Assembly (NCBI GenBank): GCA_964106915.2
Contig: OZ066917.1
Length of the DNA: 64,000 nt
Strand: one strand, 5' to 3'
Source of the DNA: Podarcis gaigeae
Lineage: Eukaryota
The notes under the pieces: model-generated
The model's database searches: none
The model's input: only the letters and a program-made list of their open reading frames with translations
Told to the model about the DNA's origin: nothing
Part shown: piece by piece, positions 1-13,908 of the stretch
How positions within the stretch are numbered: the first letter of the stretch is position 1
Layout: every line of letters begins with the position of its first letter
Made by a program: the position numbers and the translations under genes

Positions 1-775
1 TCTCAGCCTCCCTATAAAGATAGCTCACAAAAGGAAGAGACAAGGGAGAGAAGGAACTGCTGTGGTCAGAAGGACCCAAATGGCTTCTGCTTCTGCAATC
101 TGCACAGTTAGTGTAAGTTTTGGTAGCTGCAGCACAAAACTGTTTCTGCTCAGTGTACAGTGGCTTGACCTGCTACAGGAATGTCTCTCCCTATGGAATC
201 TGGTGGTTTTTGTTCAGGTGTCTTGTGCTCCCTTTTAAGGGAGACTACTTCACAGTATGCAGGAAATCTTCTACTTCTCCTGTGCTGCAATTAAATGGGC
301 TCTTCAAATGTACTAGAGCTAGCCCAGAAAGGGCAAATAAGAACTTGTTTTGAGGGATTGTTGCTGGCACCTCCACTTACATTTGAACATGTTTTATTCA
401 ATGAATGAGTGCAGTAGTTTCCACTGGTGGATCTAAGCATTCACTTTACCAAGAAAGAACTCTGCCATCATAACTACTTCCTGCCATCTGCTTAGGAAGT
501 TTTACTTCTTCATGAGTAATGTACATCTGTTTACATTCTTACAGGAATGTACTTGTACATTTTCTGTATGCTTTGACATCTAATTCTTTGCTTTCACTTA
601 GTAGACAGACTCCTTTCCGGGAACTAGAAAAAACTTCTTAGATATGTGCAGGAAATATACCTTCTGCAGGTGTAAATACAATCCAACCCCTACTGTAAAA
701 GGGTCTGGGCAGGTGGCTGTGGTTTGGCAAGAATGGCATGGTGAGCCAAATGGGGATGCCTGGCTGCCCTGATTA

Positions 776-840
776 GGGGATTTGAACCCTTGTCTCCCTG
801 CTCCTAATCCAACATTTTAACCACTACACCACATTGGCTC
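776..840 (-). mobile_element. SINE tRNA-like head fragment
   Basis: Reverse complement GAGCCAATGTGGTGTAGTGGTTAAAATGTTGGA...GGTTCAAATCCCC contains A and B boxes. Confidence 0.65.
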
Positions 841-3800
841 TTATCTCATTCTTATCTGTTTTTGCCGACAACTTTGAAAATGATTAGGACTGAGAAGCAA
901 CCTGTTTCATACAATGGAAGGCTTAGCCCAAGCAAGACAGACTTGCAGTGCACCTTGTGACTGAGAAGGCATTCTAGAGTATACCAGTACCGTTACAAAG
1001 TTCACTTTTCACAGTTGATGTTGGTTTCCTTTAAGATGCTTTGAAAGTGACTCGGCTGACCACATCCACATTCTGAAATACCATTTTTGAGAACTCCCAA
1101 CGAAGCTCCAGCCAAAAGAACAGGAACTGACTCATTTTACAATGCCTGTTCAACATGTAATCAGTTTAGAGATTTTTGGCCAAAGTTACAGACAGGAATC
1201 GTGAGGAGTCAAAGTAGGAGACCCACTTACCACTTAAAACTGGCACACATACCACTGAAATTTAAGTGCAAGAAAGATGGCCGAAAGCGGTGCAAAACCA
1301 AACTGCACACAAGCCCCCCCCAGATTTATCATTACACAGTTAACTGCACGTGTACCTTCTAATACACAACACACAAACACCGATAAACCACTCCTGAAAG
1401 CTACATCACCTAATAATAACTAAACAGAAAAGGATGCAGAAGGAAAAACACATCACTATTTGAAGGCACAAGCGGTAGAAATTACAAGCAGATGGCCTAT
1501 AAACTCAAAAAATGGAAAGGGTAAAGAGTCAAAACACAGAAAACAGGTATGTGGTGTAGTCCTCTTCAGTGTGGTAGCTTTGCACACATAGACAGATCAT
1601 CATGTGAGGATGCTTTCAAACTACCAATCCTCACATTCACCATGTTCAAAGGAGGTAGAGAGAGAGAGAAATTCAGGGTAGAGCCTACATTACAGCTCAT
1701 GTGAGAAAGAAGACAGAAGTCTGCTCCACCTTTCTATGGTAGAGACCACCAAGAACCTCCAGGCAAGCAGATCTGAGCATTCCAAAGAAAGAGAGGACAG
1801 CAAGAATATTTGGAACTAGAATCTAAGGAGTCAAAGGCTTCCTATCTCTTGTTCCTTAAGAAGGACGTCTTCACAGAAATGCCACACAGAAAGGGACTCT
1901 CAAAAGCAGCAGAAAGTTCATTGCTTATGTACAAGTGGATGGGGAGACCTGAAAGGAAAATGGGAACAAATCTGAGGAAATGTTGAGAGAATCATGATGG
2001 GTTTTTGGAGGATTCAGAAAATGAAAAAGCACTAAGCTGCTGGAGACAACTACACTGTAACCATTCCCAAGGTAAAGCATCTTGGATTCCAAATATAAGC
2101 AGCAATATTAGAAAGTAAGATGATAAATGTAGGACTATTAAAAATGAATTCATCCTTGATGCACCTCACACCTGCACTATCCTCCCAGAATACACATGTT
2201 GTGCCATCTCTGTAAACCTTCCTTAAAAACTCATTTCTTATGTGAAGCTTTTGACTTCACCCCTCATGTCTTAATTGATGCTCAATTACAACTGTCGTGT
2301 TTGGTATTAGCTATACTGAATAATTCCTCTGAAAAAATCACCACTATACAGTAAGTGTGCTGTTTGTCAAGCCCATTGAACCCATGTCTAAACCAATATT
2401 TTTTTCGTGTTCACTAGAACATAATGTGTTTTCTGCATCCTTAAGAATTTTTCTTTTGTCCAGGCAGTGCAAGAGCTTCTGAAAAACTCAGCTATAAGTG
2501 ATAGACAATGGGGTCTGTTATAAACAGCCAGACTACTATAATATCTTTAAAACTCAAACAGTGTTCTAAAGTGGAGCTATACACACATCTATGCTAAAAC
2601 TGAAATCCTGGCTATGTTTGAAGCCAGCAGGAACACAACTTTAAACTGATTTTGTTTTAAAAACACAATGACAACCAATGTCCATTGAATGTTCTTTTCC
2701 CCTTCTTTAGTAGGCATCTTCAAAGTATGATAGCCCCATATCAAAGAGCTACATATCCTGAGATGAATTTGTTCTTATTACAGTTCAGGAAAATGACACG
2801 AAAACCAGAGGAAATTAAAAGCAACACAACTTGCTTGTCAAACTTAATATGTGACTAGCACTTGCCTGGGGCTACTGAGACTGGCATTAGGAATACAGAA
2901 TAATTGTCACTGTACAAAATGTAATCTGGCAATAAAAGATCCCAGAAACACACTGAATTATTGTTGTATTTCCCACTGGAGAAAAGATTATAAAATATAC
3001 AGTACAGCAAATAACTGGCATTTAAAAAGGATCATCAGCATGGATTCCATTTCACTTGCAGTGAATACTAGTAATACAGTTATTTTATTTTAGCACACCA
3101 ACTGAATGTGTGCTTACTCAGAAGTAATTCTTACTAAGTCCAGTGTGTCTTAATTCTTAATAAACATCTTTAGGATTGAATCCTATGGGCTATTAGAGTA
3201 ACTTTCTCATATCTAATACATCTCTAATGAAAACAACACAACTACATCTGGGCTAAGGAAGGTCTAGCTCAGGTAAGTTTTGATAAATTATATTTACTGG
3301 ATAGTTTATTTGTTTAGTCAGTTATTTCAAATATTTTTAATAGAACTGCTACTTAATACCTTTGTACAGTACTTAAAATTAAGGGGCACACACTACACTT
3401 TTTGCAGATACTTGTTACAGATGCATCATGAATTCTTTAAATAGAGATACATATTATGCAAAAAATTAGTGCAGACAAGTATAGTTACTTTTATTGGACA
3501 TAAAAAGAGAGAAACATACCAATGTAAGTAAAATGATTTTTCCATGCTGACATACATCTTACTCCTGCTAGCATACCTAAGAGCTAAATCTGCCACCACG
3601 GAACCAGAGCTTCTCAATTCCTAGCTGGATAAAATAAGGTGCTATGATCTGCATTTCCTGCAAGAGCTATAAATGAATTATTTCATCCACAGCAGCATTA
3701 CTGCTACACAACTCTGTGATCCCTAGAATCCACACATCCCTGATATTTGCTGGGTCTACAAGTGTACCAGCACAGAGACATCTTGTGCAGCACAACAAAG

Positions 3801-3937
3801 CTATGAATCAGGTCCTAAATATGTAACATGAGAACTCATCCTAAGTAAGGAATAGGATACTTAATGGTCTAAACCAATACACAATTATCAACATGCAAGC
3901 CCAGTAAAATCAATGAGCTTGGGCACTCCTAACTTCA

Positions 3938-3988
3938 ACAGAAAGCACATAGGTAGTCCCACAGAAAGCACATAGGTAGTCCCACAGA
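3938..3988. repeat. Perfect 23-bp tandem duplication
   Basis: ACAGAAAGCACATAGGTAGTCCC x2. Confidence 0.95.
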
Positions 3989-6900
3989 CAAACAGCAGCA
4001 CCAATGCCTCTCAAAATTCCCCTCCTTTTAATGTGGAACTTTGGCATTATCTCTTCTGTCATGCCAGGTCACTAACCTAACTTTTGAAAAGCCGAGGGCA
4101 TGCATGCCTTTGATACCACTCAAACTATAGCAGGGAAGGGGATCTTGTGGTAGGGATGCATTTCCTCACATCACTTAGCCTCTGTGCTCTGTCTTTAAAC
4201 TTGTAAAAAGTAAAAGGCAAGATAATGCATATGGTGTTCCATTCATTGTGGGGAAAGGCAATGCCATAATGGAAAGTGGTTCAGCATTTCAGACTATAAG
4301 GGAATTGGCGAGGGGGGGGAGGGAATCACTATGAGATGCTTCACAGGAAGTGATTCATAAATGAAATAATTTTAAGAAGCAAATAGAAACATTAATCTAG
4401 TTGACATACGGTAACTTGATTTAATTGGGGCACAAGATATTTAGCCTTGCACATGTTGTTGTTGGGTCTAAATCTTAGTGAATGCTTTTGAGAGAGGACA
4501 AAGTTAGTGCAGAAAGTGCTTAAGGGAACGTTATTTTGCCTGCCGACTTCTAAAAAATGCAAGTGGGCACAATGATTCCTGCAGCTGTGCCAGGACTGTA
4601 CATCTGAGGGTCTTGCCATATGGAAAACTCCACCTTAACATATTTGAAGATTACCTGAATTACTTGGAAAATTGTAACACTAAGCCTTAAAAACCCTGTG
4701 CTTTTAAACCAAAATAGAATAAGAGAATTCTGATAGAACTTACAGGGATGCAGCTTTATGACTAATCTTAGGTTTGGATTTACTCAGAAGTAAGGCCCAT
4801 TCTCTATAAGGCACAAGGCAGATCAGTGTAAATAGGACTCTGTAGCCTGGTTTACAGCTGATGGCATCTATTTTTATTTCAGTTCAATCAACAGGATGAA
4901 AGTGAACTATCTTGGACTATGTCAGCACTAGAGAATAATACTCATTCTTTAAAAAGGAACAACCAGCACCATATTAGAAATGCTTAACTACTGTGAAGCC
5001 TTTACTTATTAGAATTTAATCAGGAAGGACAATTGCTGAACTACTACAACCGCAATATTTATATATTTATCACTTTTCAAAGAATTATCCCAGAAAAATT
5101 AAGGAAGATGGATCCTATCTGCTCAGGTAGTTAAGAAGAAGATAAATGTGTGATTAATGTGTGGCTTGTTTGCAAATGTCACGCAACTCAGAAGAGCAAA
5201 ACCATTAGCCATTCCCCCCTTCCGCAATATGCATTCTATAATACTTTGTTTCAAAAAAATTATACACCACTAGGTTGTATAAAAATAAAATCTTTAAAGC
5301 AGCTTACAGAAAATGAAAAATATATTGCTAAACCAGTAACTTCACAACTTTAGGAATACATGACTTGCTTACAGAACCAGCAAGTCTGTAGCCACTTCTA
5401 ACAGCTTGCTCCACCTGCTTTGTATGCTACCGCCATACCATGTTAGATGAACGCATTCCCAGAGGTGCTTGGTGCTCCATTAATTTTGTACATCATAGTG
5501 CAGAGGTGAGGTCTACATTAAATAGGGTCTACAATTCTCCTGCAGTAAGAAGAAAGGGAAACTTGCTCATACTAGTCATGGCCAACAGTTGGGAGGAGGG
5601 ACGTTTATGGGCAGAAAATAGATATGGTATATTAATTGGAATGGCACATGGAATTATGGAAGGTGACAGCCAGAAACATTTATTTTTTTTCATTGCGTAC
5701 ATACTTGCCCATTAAGGAATGGGTGAAAAGTAGGGACATTGCTGGTAGACCTCTGAGCTCTATATCTATTTATTGATTGTTATAAGACATTTTGCCTATT
5801 GATAAGACAACCATCACCTATCCTAGTACAGCTAAGGCAATGACTCACTTTGGCCTGCCCTGTTAATTTATTGACACTAAATTGGTTCTTATGAACCTTT
5901 AGTGATTACAAATGAGCCACCAACTTTGTCTTACTATACAGTCCTACACAGTATAGTGTATTTCGTGTGTTGTAAAGCAGATATAAAAAGAATGTGATAT
6001 TTTGAAGTGATAGTCTAAAACCCTGATCCAAATATTATGAAAAATTGTTATGCTATGGTGTATGCACCATACACCAACTATATTCATTTTCTAAAGAGAT
6101 CCTTTCAAGTTATATTGCAGTGGTTTCCCCAGCAATGAAAAGATGCAAGAGAAGAATCTATATTGCTTGAAACATTCATATTATTATTAGGGAGGGAGGG
6201 GCGAGTTAATTGCTCTTGTGAATGAGGACAGGTTCAAACAACATTTGAGTTCAGAATTTCCACAGAGGTACTAAAATAATGTTATCTGACTTTGTTCACA
6301 TAATAGATTCTCAACTGTTCCCAGAACACACATATGTGGGTCAAATAAACTGGGCAATCTATTTATGACTACAATTACTGTAATTCTAGCGGCACTTTTT
6401 CTAGCAACCACCAACCAGTCAATTTTTAAAAGAATGGCTCTTTTATAGGTTCTTTTTCACTCATTCTCTCCAGCATCCAGATTTTCAGAGGGTCTTCCTG
6501 GCAAGCGGAATATGAAAGAACTGCTGTTCATTAATTAAAATCACATTTTAAGTCTTCCTCATTGTCAACTACACCAGAGGTCAAAGTGGGATTTGAAATT
6601 CACCACAGAAATATAATGCTTCAAAGAAAAATTAGGGATCAGAGAAGGCCACTTTTGGAGAGCATTTAACTCGGTCTTCACTTTTAATACTTCAAAACAG
6701 GCACATCACGCGAAGAGACTTTTCAAAGTGTAGTGATCAAACAAGATAAGGTAATTTTGAGTGACAACAAGTCTTGCTTCCTTTAAGTGCAAGAATGCGG
6801 AAGGAGCATGGATAAAATTACCTGTTTTTTAGATTGCTAACATAGGAAGTTTTCACTTATAATGCTATCTTTTATGAGTGGCAAATACATTGTGAAGCCT

Positions 6901-8236
6901 TCCAAACAGTTTGCTTAAGACTAGCAAGCAGCCTTTTCCAGGTGTTCATTGGACACACCTTAATTAGAACAAGAATGATTGCCAAGGTGGGGTTCTCATT
7001 CTTCCTGATTTACTAGGGAACAAGGCTGTTAAAATGCATGCTTATCTGAAAGTTCTTTTTTTTTAACTGCTCCTCTTATTAAGAATTTCCTGCTTATTTT
7101 TTACCTTTTAGACAGGAATCTATATTTTTACTGAAAGGACTCTTTATCTGTGAGCATTTAGTAGGAAAAAAGAAGGAACTATTCTGAAAAGTGTTAGAAA
7201 AATATAGAACAAAAGCAGGTCCTTTCTACCTTTTGCCATGTGTCTCAAACAATGGAGTACTGAAAACATCACTAAAACAATTAACCCTGGCTATACAAAC
7301 GGGGGGGGGGGGGGAGAGAAAAGAACTGATTAAGACTAGAGACAGAACATTTTACACAGACCTTTACCTAGACCAGCCTCAATTAAGTCATTTCCTTCAA
7401 AAGTATAATTAAAATAAACTGAAAAATAAAGGTGAGACATTACTACACAGAAGTCTACTGGATTCTCCCACCCCGCAATTTAGGTAAACTTAATGTCATT
7501 GACTAAAAGGTAATTGTTTCCTCTATTTGTTTCAACACAACATGTTCTAAGAAAAATCTGAAAATGAGCTAATTGAAGGAAGTATGACTAACAGAGAAAA
7601 ATATTTTTCTGTTAGCTCATGACATTTTTATTATACTGGAAACTTCAATCAGAACTTATGAACACTCTTTCAGGTTTGTTATGTCCTGTACTATGTACCT
7701 GCTTTTCTCTGCAGCGTTAGTGTCAACATATTCAACAAGTTCCACTTTATAAAAAATAAAATAAAATAGTTGCTATTGAAATGGGGTGCCAATTTGTGCT
7801 AACGTTTTTGTATTAGAACATGACAGACTGATATTTCAGGATGTCTTCCTGTCAGTAAGTTGCTGCAAGTAGTCAGTGGAAAGAAAAACTAGCAGTTTGA
7901 CTAGACTCTTTTTCAGCTTATTATGAATTTAGACAGACAGTACAAAATAGTTCTGCATTGGAGGGAGAACATATTATTCAATTTCCAATTAACAATTTCC
8001 TGCCTCCCCACAAAAAATCCTGAAAACATTTACCTTTTCAATCAGTTGCATGCCTCTTCCCTAAAACATCACCACAGAAACATCTCAACGTTTTTTTAAA
8101 CATGCTACCCCAAAACAGATTAAACAAATCATTTCTACTCTCCACTTCAATTCAGTTATTAGTTAGAAACCTGAAAATCTGGACGTAATTTTAAACACAA
8201 AATAACAGACTATCTGTTGCACCACTTCTCACTTAC

Positions 8237-8700
8237 CCATTCCGAGCAAATAATACTTCCTGGTGAAAGGATTTTACAGCTTCCGTTAACTAAAAAGCGT
8301 TCAGCACTACAGCTAGACAAGACAGATTACAAAATGCTTTTGTCAGAAGGCAGCGTGAAAGTTTCTCCCCCTACACTTATGTTCCAGAGTAAAGAGTCCT
8401 CAGCACTCCATTCCTGTGATAAAAACAAGGTAACGACAAAGGAAAAGAGGCACAGACAAGTTCCTGTCAAAGATTCTTAACTGCAGTCTTCTGAAAATAG
8501 TAAGCAATCTTAAAGTGACAGTTACCAAACTCCAAGGTGACGCTCATTAATCCAAATTGGCTGCAGCTGGCTTTATTGTCTACCATTTGGCTTGGTCAAG
8601 CCCACATGAGTGTTAAACTTTATCACATGTTGCTGAATCACCGCCTGGTCTCATCATTACAAACTACATGTAACTGAGCAATGCGAGCGAGGAAAGCTTC
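8237..8700 (-). other. Candidate alternative first exon: long 5'UTR ending ATG G|GTAAGT (phase 1)
   Basis: ATG at 8240-8238 followed by G and consensus donor GTAAGT at 8236-8231. Unique, CpG-retaining sequence with promoter motifs directly upstream. Confidence 0.45.
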
Positions 8701-8900
8701 TACTAACTCGAAGGCAGGGAGTTCTTATACACAGCCGCCAATTAGCTCTTGCCCAATCACAGGCTGCAACTAGTTGCCTCAGTCACATGACAGGGCAGTC
8801 CTCACTACAGCAGAGAGATTTCTGAATTAGTTGGGGTTACACAAAGGACACTCATTGGGAGGGGGAAGCAGCGAGTACAAAATGAAAACGCCCAGGCTGA
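8700..8900 (-). promoter_or_regulatory. Candidate internal core promoter (E-box, two CCAAT boxes, TATA-like element)
   Basis: In minus-strand order: GTCACATGAC 8782-8791, CCAAT ~8753 and ~8738, TATAAGA ~8728-8722. Confidence 0.45.
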
Positions 8901-11900
8901 CTGCTGTTAAGTGCTTTAAAGCAGGAAACTCCCTAGCTTCATGCAGACACACAAATTCAGAACAATGTCTACTACACATGAAAATTAGTCAGGAGCCCTA
9001 AAATCTTGTTTTATAACCTATTTATGCTGCCCGCTGCCCTGCCAATTTTCCTGCTTTCACTTTATTAGTGATCACTTAAAACTGACCCATTTCATAGAAA
9101 CAAGCAATCAGGTACGATTAACAACATTATGATCTTAAGGAAAGAAACTTGCACCACCACAAACCACATTATTCATGAACGTAATTACATGTGTGTGTGT
9201 ATATTAGCCTGAATATCAACTTGAACAATTATTTTATATGCAGATTGGTGACAGTCAAGTATATTCTCATATTTAGAAAAACAGTTACCCTTAATTCATG
9301 CTACTCTGAATTTCATTCCATGCATTTAATTCTATTATTTACTAGCCTCAAACAATAATAGAATGAAATCACTTTTTCAGTACTGCTACTCCAAATTTTC
9401 ACAAAACATTGATGCTGTAAAATAGCTATTTCAGTATTGCTCTAATAAAGTCAAAATGTATAAGATATGTAATTTAGTTCTGAACCTGAAGATTTGCATA
9501 TGGTTAAAAGCATCATATGGTTACCGCAGCTGCTGTAAAAACTGGATTACCTTGTAATGTTTCGTCCTCCTGTTATAGTTGGCCAATCCCAATTTATGGG
9601 CACGAACCATATGCCAGGACAAACCATAAGAGATGACTCAATTTGCCTCGCCCCCACAGAACAACAACCCTCTTTAGCAGGGGAAAGAATAACCCCTTAT
9701 AGGTATGACTCAAAAAGCCTTATGCTATATTCAGAAAATGCATTAAAATTACTCTGGAGTGCTTTCATATCCTGGGATAGCAATGCAGGAATTTGATATC
9801 CCAGACTAAATCAGAACAGCTTGTCCTGGAGTAACTTCTTTTTACACCAGAATTATCTCCAGAGCACAACATGCCACAGAGAAAAATATTCTGTTTGAAT
9901 AAGCTATAATGTGTTCAAACATTGCATTACAATCTTGGATTATGCTACACAGCCATGTTGGTACCTGCCTGACTAGAGCAAGAGCCAGACTTAGAAGGCA
10001 AATAAATTAATGCATACATATGAACCAATCTAATAACCTAGTTGCAGATCCTATTAAAACTCAGCTTTATACAAATTATATGAAAAAATTACAATGCCCC
10101 GAGAGAAACACCTATTTATATATTTCAGGATATATTTCCAATCAACCAACTCTGGACTGTCAAATTCCAAATATATTATCTGTGATTTCACTTTGCTGCA
10201 ACCATGACATGTCACAGATGCATTACTACTTAGTTGTGTCACATGGTTGCAGTAGAATGAAATGTACAAGGCATACTTTTCACCCAAGAAAATGTTTGTT
10301 TGTTTGTTAAAATATTTTAACACATCACCCTTTTATAGGCTACCCTTTCCAGTTTATTTTTTATTGCTTTTGGGGAAAATAATTTCTGGAAATAAAGGCA
10401 TTTAACTTTAAGTTATTATGACAGAACACCCTTATAATAAACACCTTATAATAAATACATTTCATATTAAAACCAGCAAATGCCTTTCATAAATGATAAC
10501 ATGGAATTGATTTAAGCCATGTTAGTATTTGGTGGTTCTTGGTAATACCCACAGTATAGCATATAAATAAATATCAAGCTACGTCTTTAAATCAAACAAA
10601 AGCTTCGAAAGTTATTTTAAAGCTTCTTTTAAATCTTATCCATTACACTTAAGAGGAAATTCAAGGTAATTTAAATTTGAATAGTGTTTTCTTACAATTC
10701 TAAAGATAATCTTTATGAAACTGAACTCACATCAACTTTTAACAGAATCTGTTTACAAGTTCTAAGGACTGTGTATTTATTTAAAACATATGCACCATAA
10801 AAGAGCTATTGTCTTGTAAGACACATTGCTTTCACTTTCTTACTGAGATTCTACACACATACACAAATCCATCTACAATAACTACTCCAGGTAAATTCTT
10901 AACACATCAGAACAAAAAGGTAAGAACACAGTAAAAGAAGCAAAGAAATACAAACAAATCCCCCTTAAATTAACCTCACTAGCCTTTACATTAGTCTATA
11001 CATTTTAATAAATATATAATGATATATAATATATAAACAACCATCTTTGTCTTGCACCCATATAACCTCTATCACAGGAAAGAGCACTTCATCCAGCAAA
11101 TTGTAAACAGCAACAAACACAACAATTAGGCAGGTGCCCAAGGCACACAAGAAATTTAGGGATTACAGTGAAATTTTGGTCTCAAGATTGCTAGAATACA
11201 GTAAATAGGATGCCCCCCTTTTTACACTAAGTAGAATTTGCAAGAAGAATTTATTAAACATGCAAAGAAAGACCGAAGTTTCTCATCCTATATAAATTTA
11301 AATACATGCAGATGTGGACTATTCTGGTCTTATTTGAATGGGGGGGTGTGGGAGTGGATTAATGGTGAAATAATTCTCAAATGTGGAGCAATCCCAAAGA
11401 AAAATCACATAGATTTTTTAATGGAGTGCTGCTTTTATAAAACGTGTCTCCTTTTTACAGAATTTCCAACCAAATAAGATTCTTTGGGAACACTAAACCA
11501 AATTAGAATTTTGCAACCTAAAGCCTTCTCTTGCTTCAAAAGAATGATACAAATTATATGATGTTCTTAACTAATGTGTTAATAGAATTCTATAAATGAC
11601 ACTCCAGATGAGTATCTTGAAGCCCATCTATATTAACACCCTAGTGGCCCAAATACAGAAATATAAGGATCGTGCACCAGCTATAACAAGGAACTGCATC
11701 TCACTGCAACTTCAGTGGTGCTTAGCCAGCAGCTGTGATTCTATGTCACAGAGAGAACTGGCTGCAAAGCTAGGGGAATCAGCAATTTGCTGCATGACGT
11801 AACACACTGTTATAAACGAAGATTTGGTTGTGATAAAAATCTGACTCAACCCATCAATATTTCAGATCCAAGTACATTGATATCTTACAACCAAGAAAGA

Positions 11901-12249
11901 ACTATGCCTATGTGTGCACCTTGCTCCAAGAAAACTCTGTATCAGTACACCATCCCATCCCATCTGACTTTCTCAGAATCAAGATTTGTCCATCCCTTTC
12001 CTAGCTCCTTTCTTCACAATATTTAGGTAACTCTGGCTCCAACTCGACAAAAACACTAGTAAGCAAAGTGTCTTCCCTCTGAATAGACATGCACAAGATA
12101 AGCTGTCAGAATCTTTTATCTCCAGTGCTTTGAGAAACTAGTTTTCTTTAACTTGCACACTTGCCCATTCTCAACCTCAACCATGTCCCTCATGATACAT
12201 AACGTTTTGGTACACGTATCAGGAAGAATGAGGTTGGATGGGCATTTAG

Positions 12250-13560
12250 CTATTTATATAAAAAAAACATTTATACACCACTAATTCATTAAAAATACTA
12301 TCTATACACCCATTCAGTAAAAATCATATAAAAATTTAAAATCAGGAATCAGATAACTACTGTGGGAAGATGTATTCTTAATTGCCTGTGTTAACATGAT
12401 GGAATATAAAACTATTCAACAGGCATTTAAAAGCTGAAACAGAAGGCTTCCGCTGAATCTCTATCGGAAGAGTGTTCCACAGTAACCCAACCTCAAGGTT
12501 ACTAACACATGGGCTACAATGATCAGGGTATCCCTGTCCAAGAATAGCTATAGCTGGCAAACCAGACAAAGCTGGTAAGAGGCACTTGTAGCCACAGAGG
12601 ACACTTCGGTCTCTAGTGGCAAATGTATCAAGGAGAACCCCCAAACTACAGACTTGTTCCTTCAGAAGGTGTGCAACACCATCCAGAACAGGCAATCTAC
12701 CTATCTCCTAGAAATAGGAATCCACCTGAAGCAGCTCAATTTCCCCAGGATTCATGTAGTTTATTGACCTTCATCCAGACCGTCGCTGTGCTCAGACACC
12801 AATCCAGAACTTTCACAGCCTCTCCTGATTCGCCCCTGGTCAGGAGTAAACAGCCTTCAGACCATATGGAACAACTCTGCTGGACAGCTCCTCAAGCACT
12901 GATCTCACCGTCATGTGGTAAGACCAATTATGAGCCCAAACACATGACTGGTCTGCTTCTGAGCACGATTTATGCCACTTACACTCTAGCCCATGCCTGG
13001 TCCATGGTTGGCATGGAGGCCATGAACTATTGAGTAGAACCTTAGACATTTTCAGAAGGAATGTTGAAATCACCCAAAACCACAGTTATGTGCTCCTCCA
13101 ACACCACACCTGATACAACCTCAGCTAGTTTACTCAGGGATGAGCAGCAGGGTGGGTTGTGCATCAACAGCATCCCTAACCTGTCTCTTTGGCTCAGCAC
13201 CAGATGCAGGCCCTACAGCCCTGCTCAAAGAGAGATGGGTTTCCTGGTGATGGGAAGTGAACTCCTATGAACTACATTCACACTTTCCTCCACCACTCCC
13301 GTCTGGGCTGATGTCATATGGAGTACCAGGGTAGACAGAGCTGAGTCAGATCTGGTCCACCCAGCTCCCCCACCCAGGTCTTGGTGATACAGATCAGATC
13401 TGCATGCTCATCAACAATCACATCATGGATCAGCATGGTTTTATTACAGACTGAACTGGCATTTAGCAATAGAGCCACCAGACAGTTGGGAACAGTGGCA
13501 GAGCATCCATTAGTAGCACACATAGGAGCGAGCTCAATGGGAAGAAGTATCAGGCAGAAG
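12250..13560 (-). mobile_element. L2-type LINE, degenerate and internally deleted
   Basis: Minus-strand peptides LLNASSVCNKTMLIHDVIVDEHADLICITKTW (APE endonuclease N-terminus), TVVLGDFN (13086-13063), PVLDGVAHLLKEQVCSLGVLLD and LWNTLPIEIQRKPSVSAFKCLLNSFIF (L2 ORF2 C-terminus). Confidence 0.85.
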
Positions 13561-13626
13561 CACCTATCACCACCCCTCCATGAAGTGTTTCCCTATTCAA
13601 TAAGAAAATAGCTCAAAACATTAACA

Positions 13627-13710
13627 ATGCAATCCTAACCATGTTAACTCAGAAGTCTTCCTGAATTCAGTAGGGCTTTCTCCCAGTAAGTGGCATTAAG
13701 ATTATAGACT
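13627..13710. repeat. Representative of a dispersed ~90-bp palindromic repeat family (at least 9 copies in the window)
   Basis: TGCAATCCTA...TACTCAGAAGTAAG...CTTACT...TAGGATTGCA pattern; also near 3090, 4761, 32142, 39275, 51911, 52291, 54733 and 63675. Confidence 0.7.
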
Positions 13711-13814
13711 AAATTACTAATCAAGTAGTGACAAGGTAGAGCAGACAATTTTGTTCGTTTGTTTGTTCTTCCCCCCTCCTTTTATTTACTCCTATAGTGC
13801 AATCCTATAAATGA

Positions 13815-13908
13815 AGTACTCCAGATGTTTTGGGCCACAAATCCTGACTGGGCCAATGGGATCTGCAGCCCAATACATCTGGAGGGTACCAGGATGGCAA
13901 AAACTGGT
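13815..13908. mobile_element. Non-autonomous hAT-like DNA element fragment
   Basis: Internal palindrome CTCCAGATGTTTTGGGC...GCCCAATACATCTGGAG typical of lizard hAT MITEs. Confidence 0.55.
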
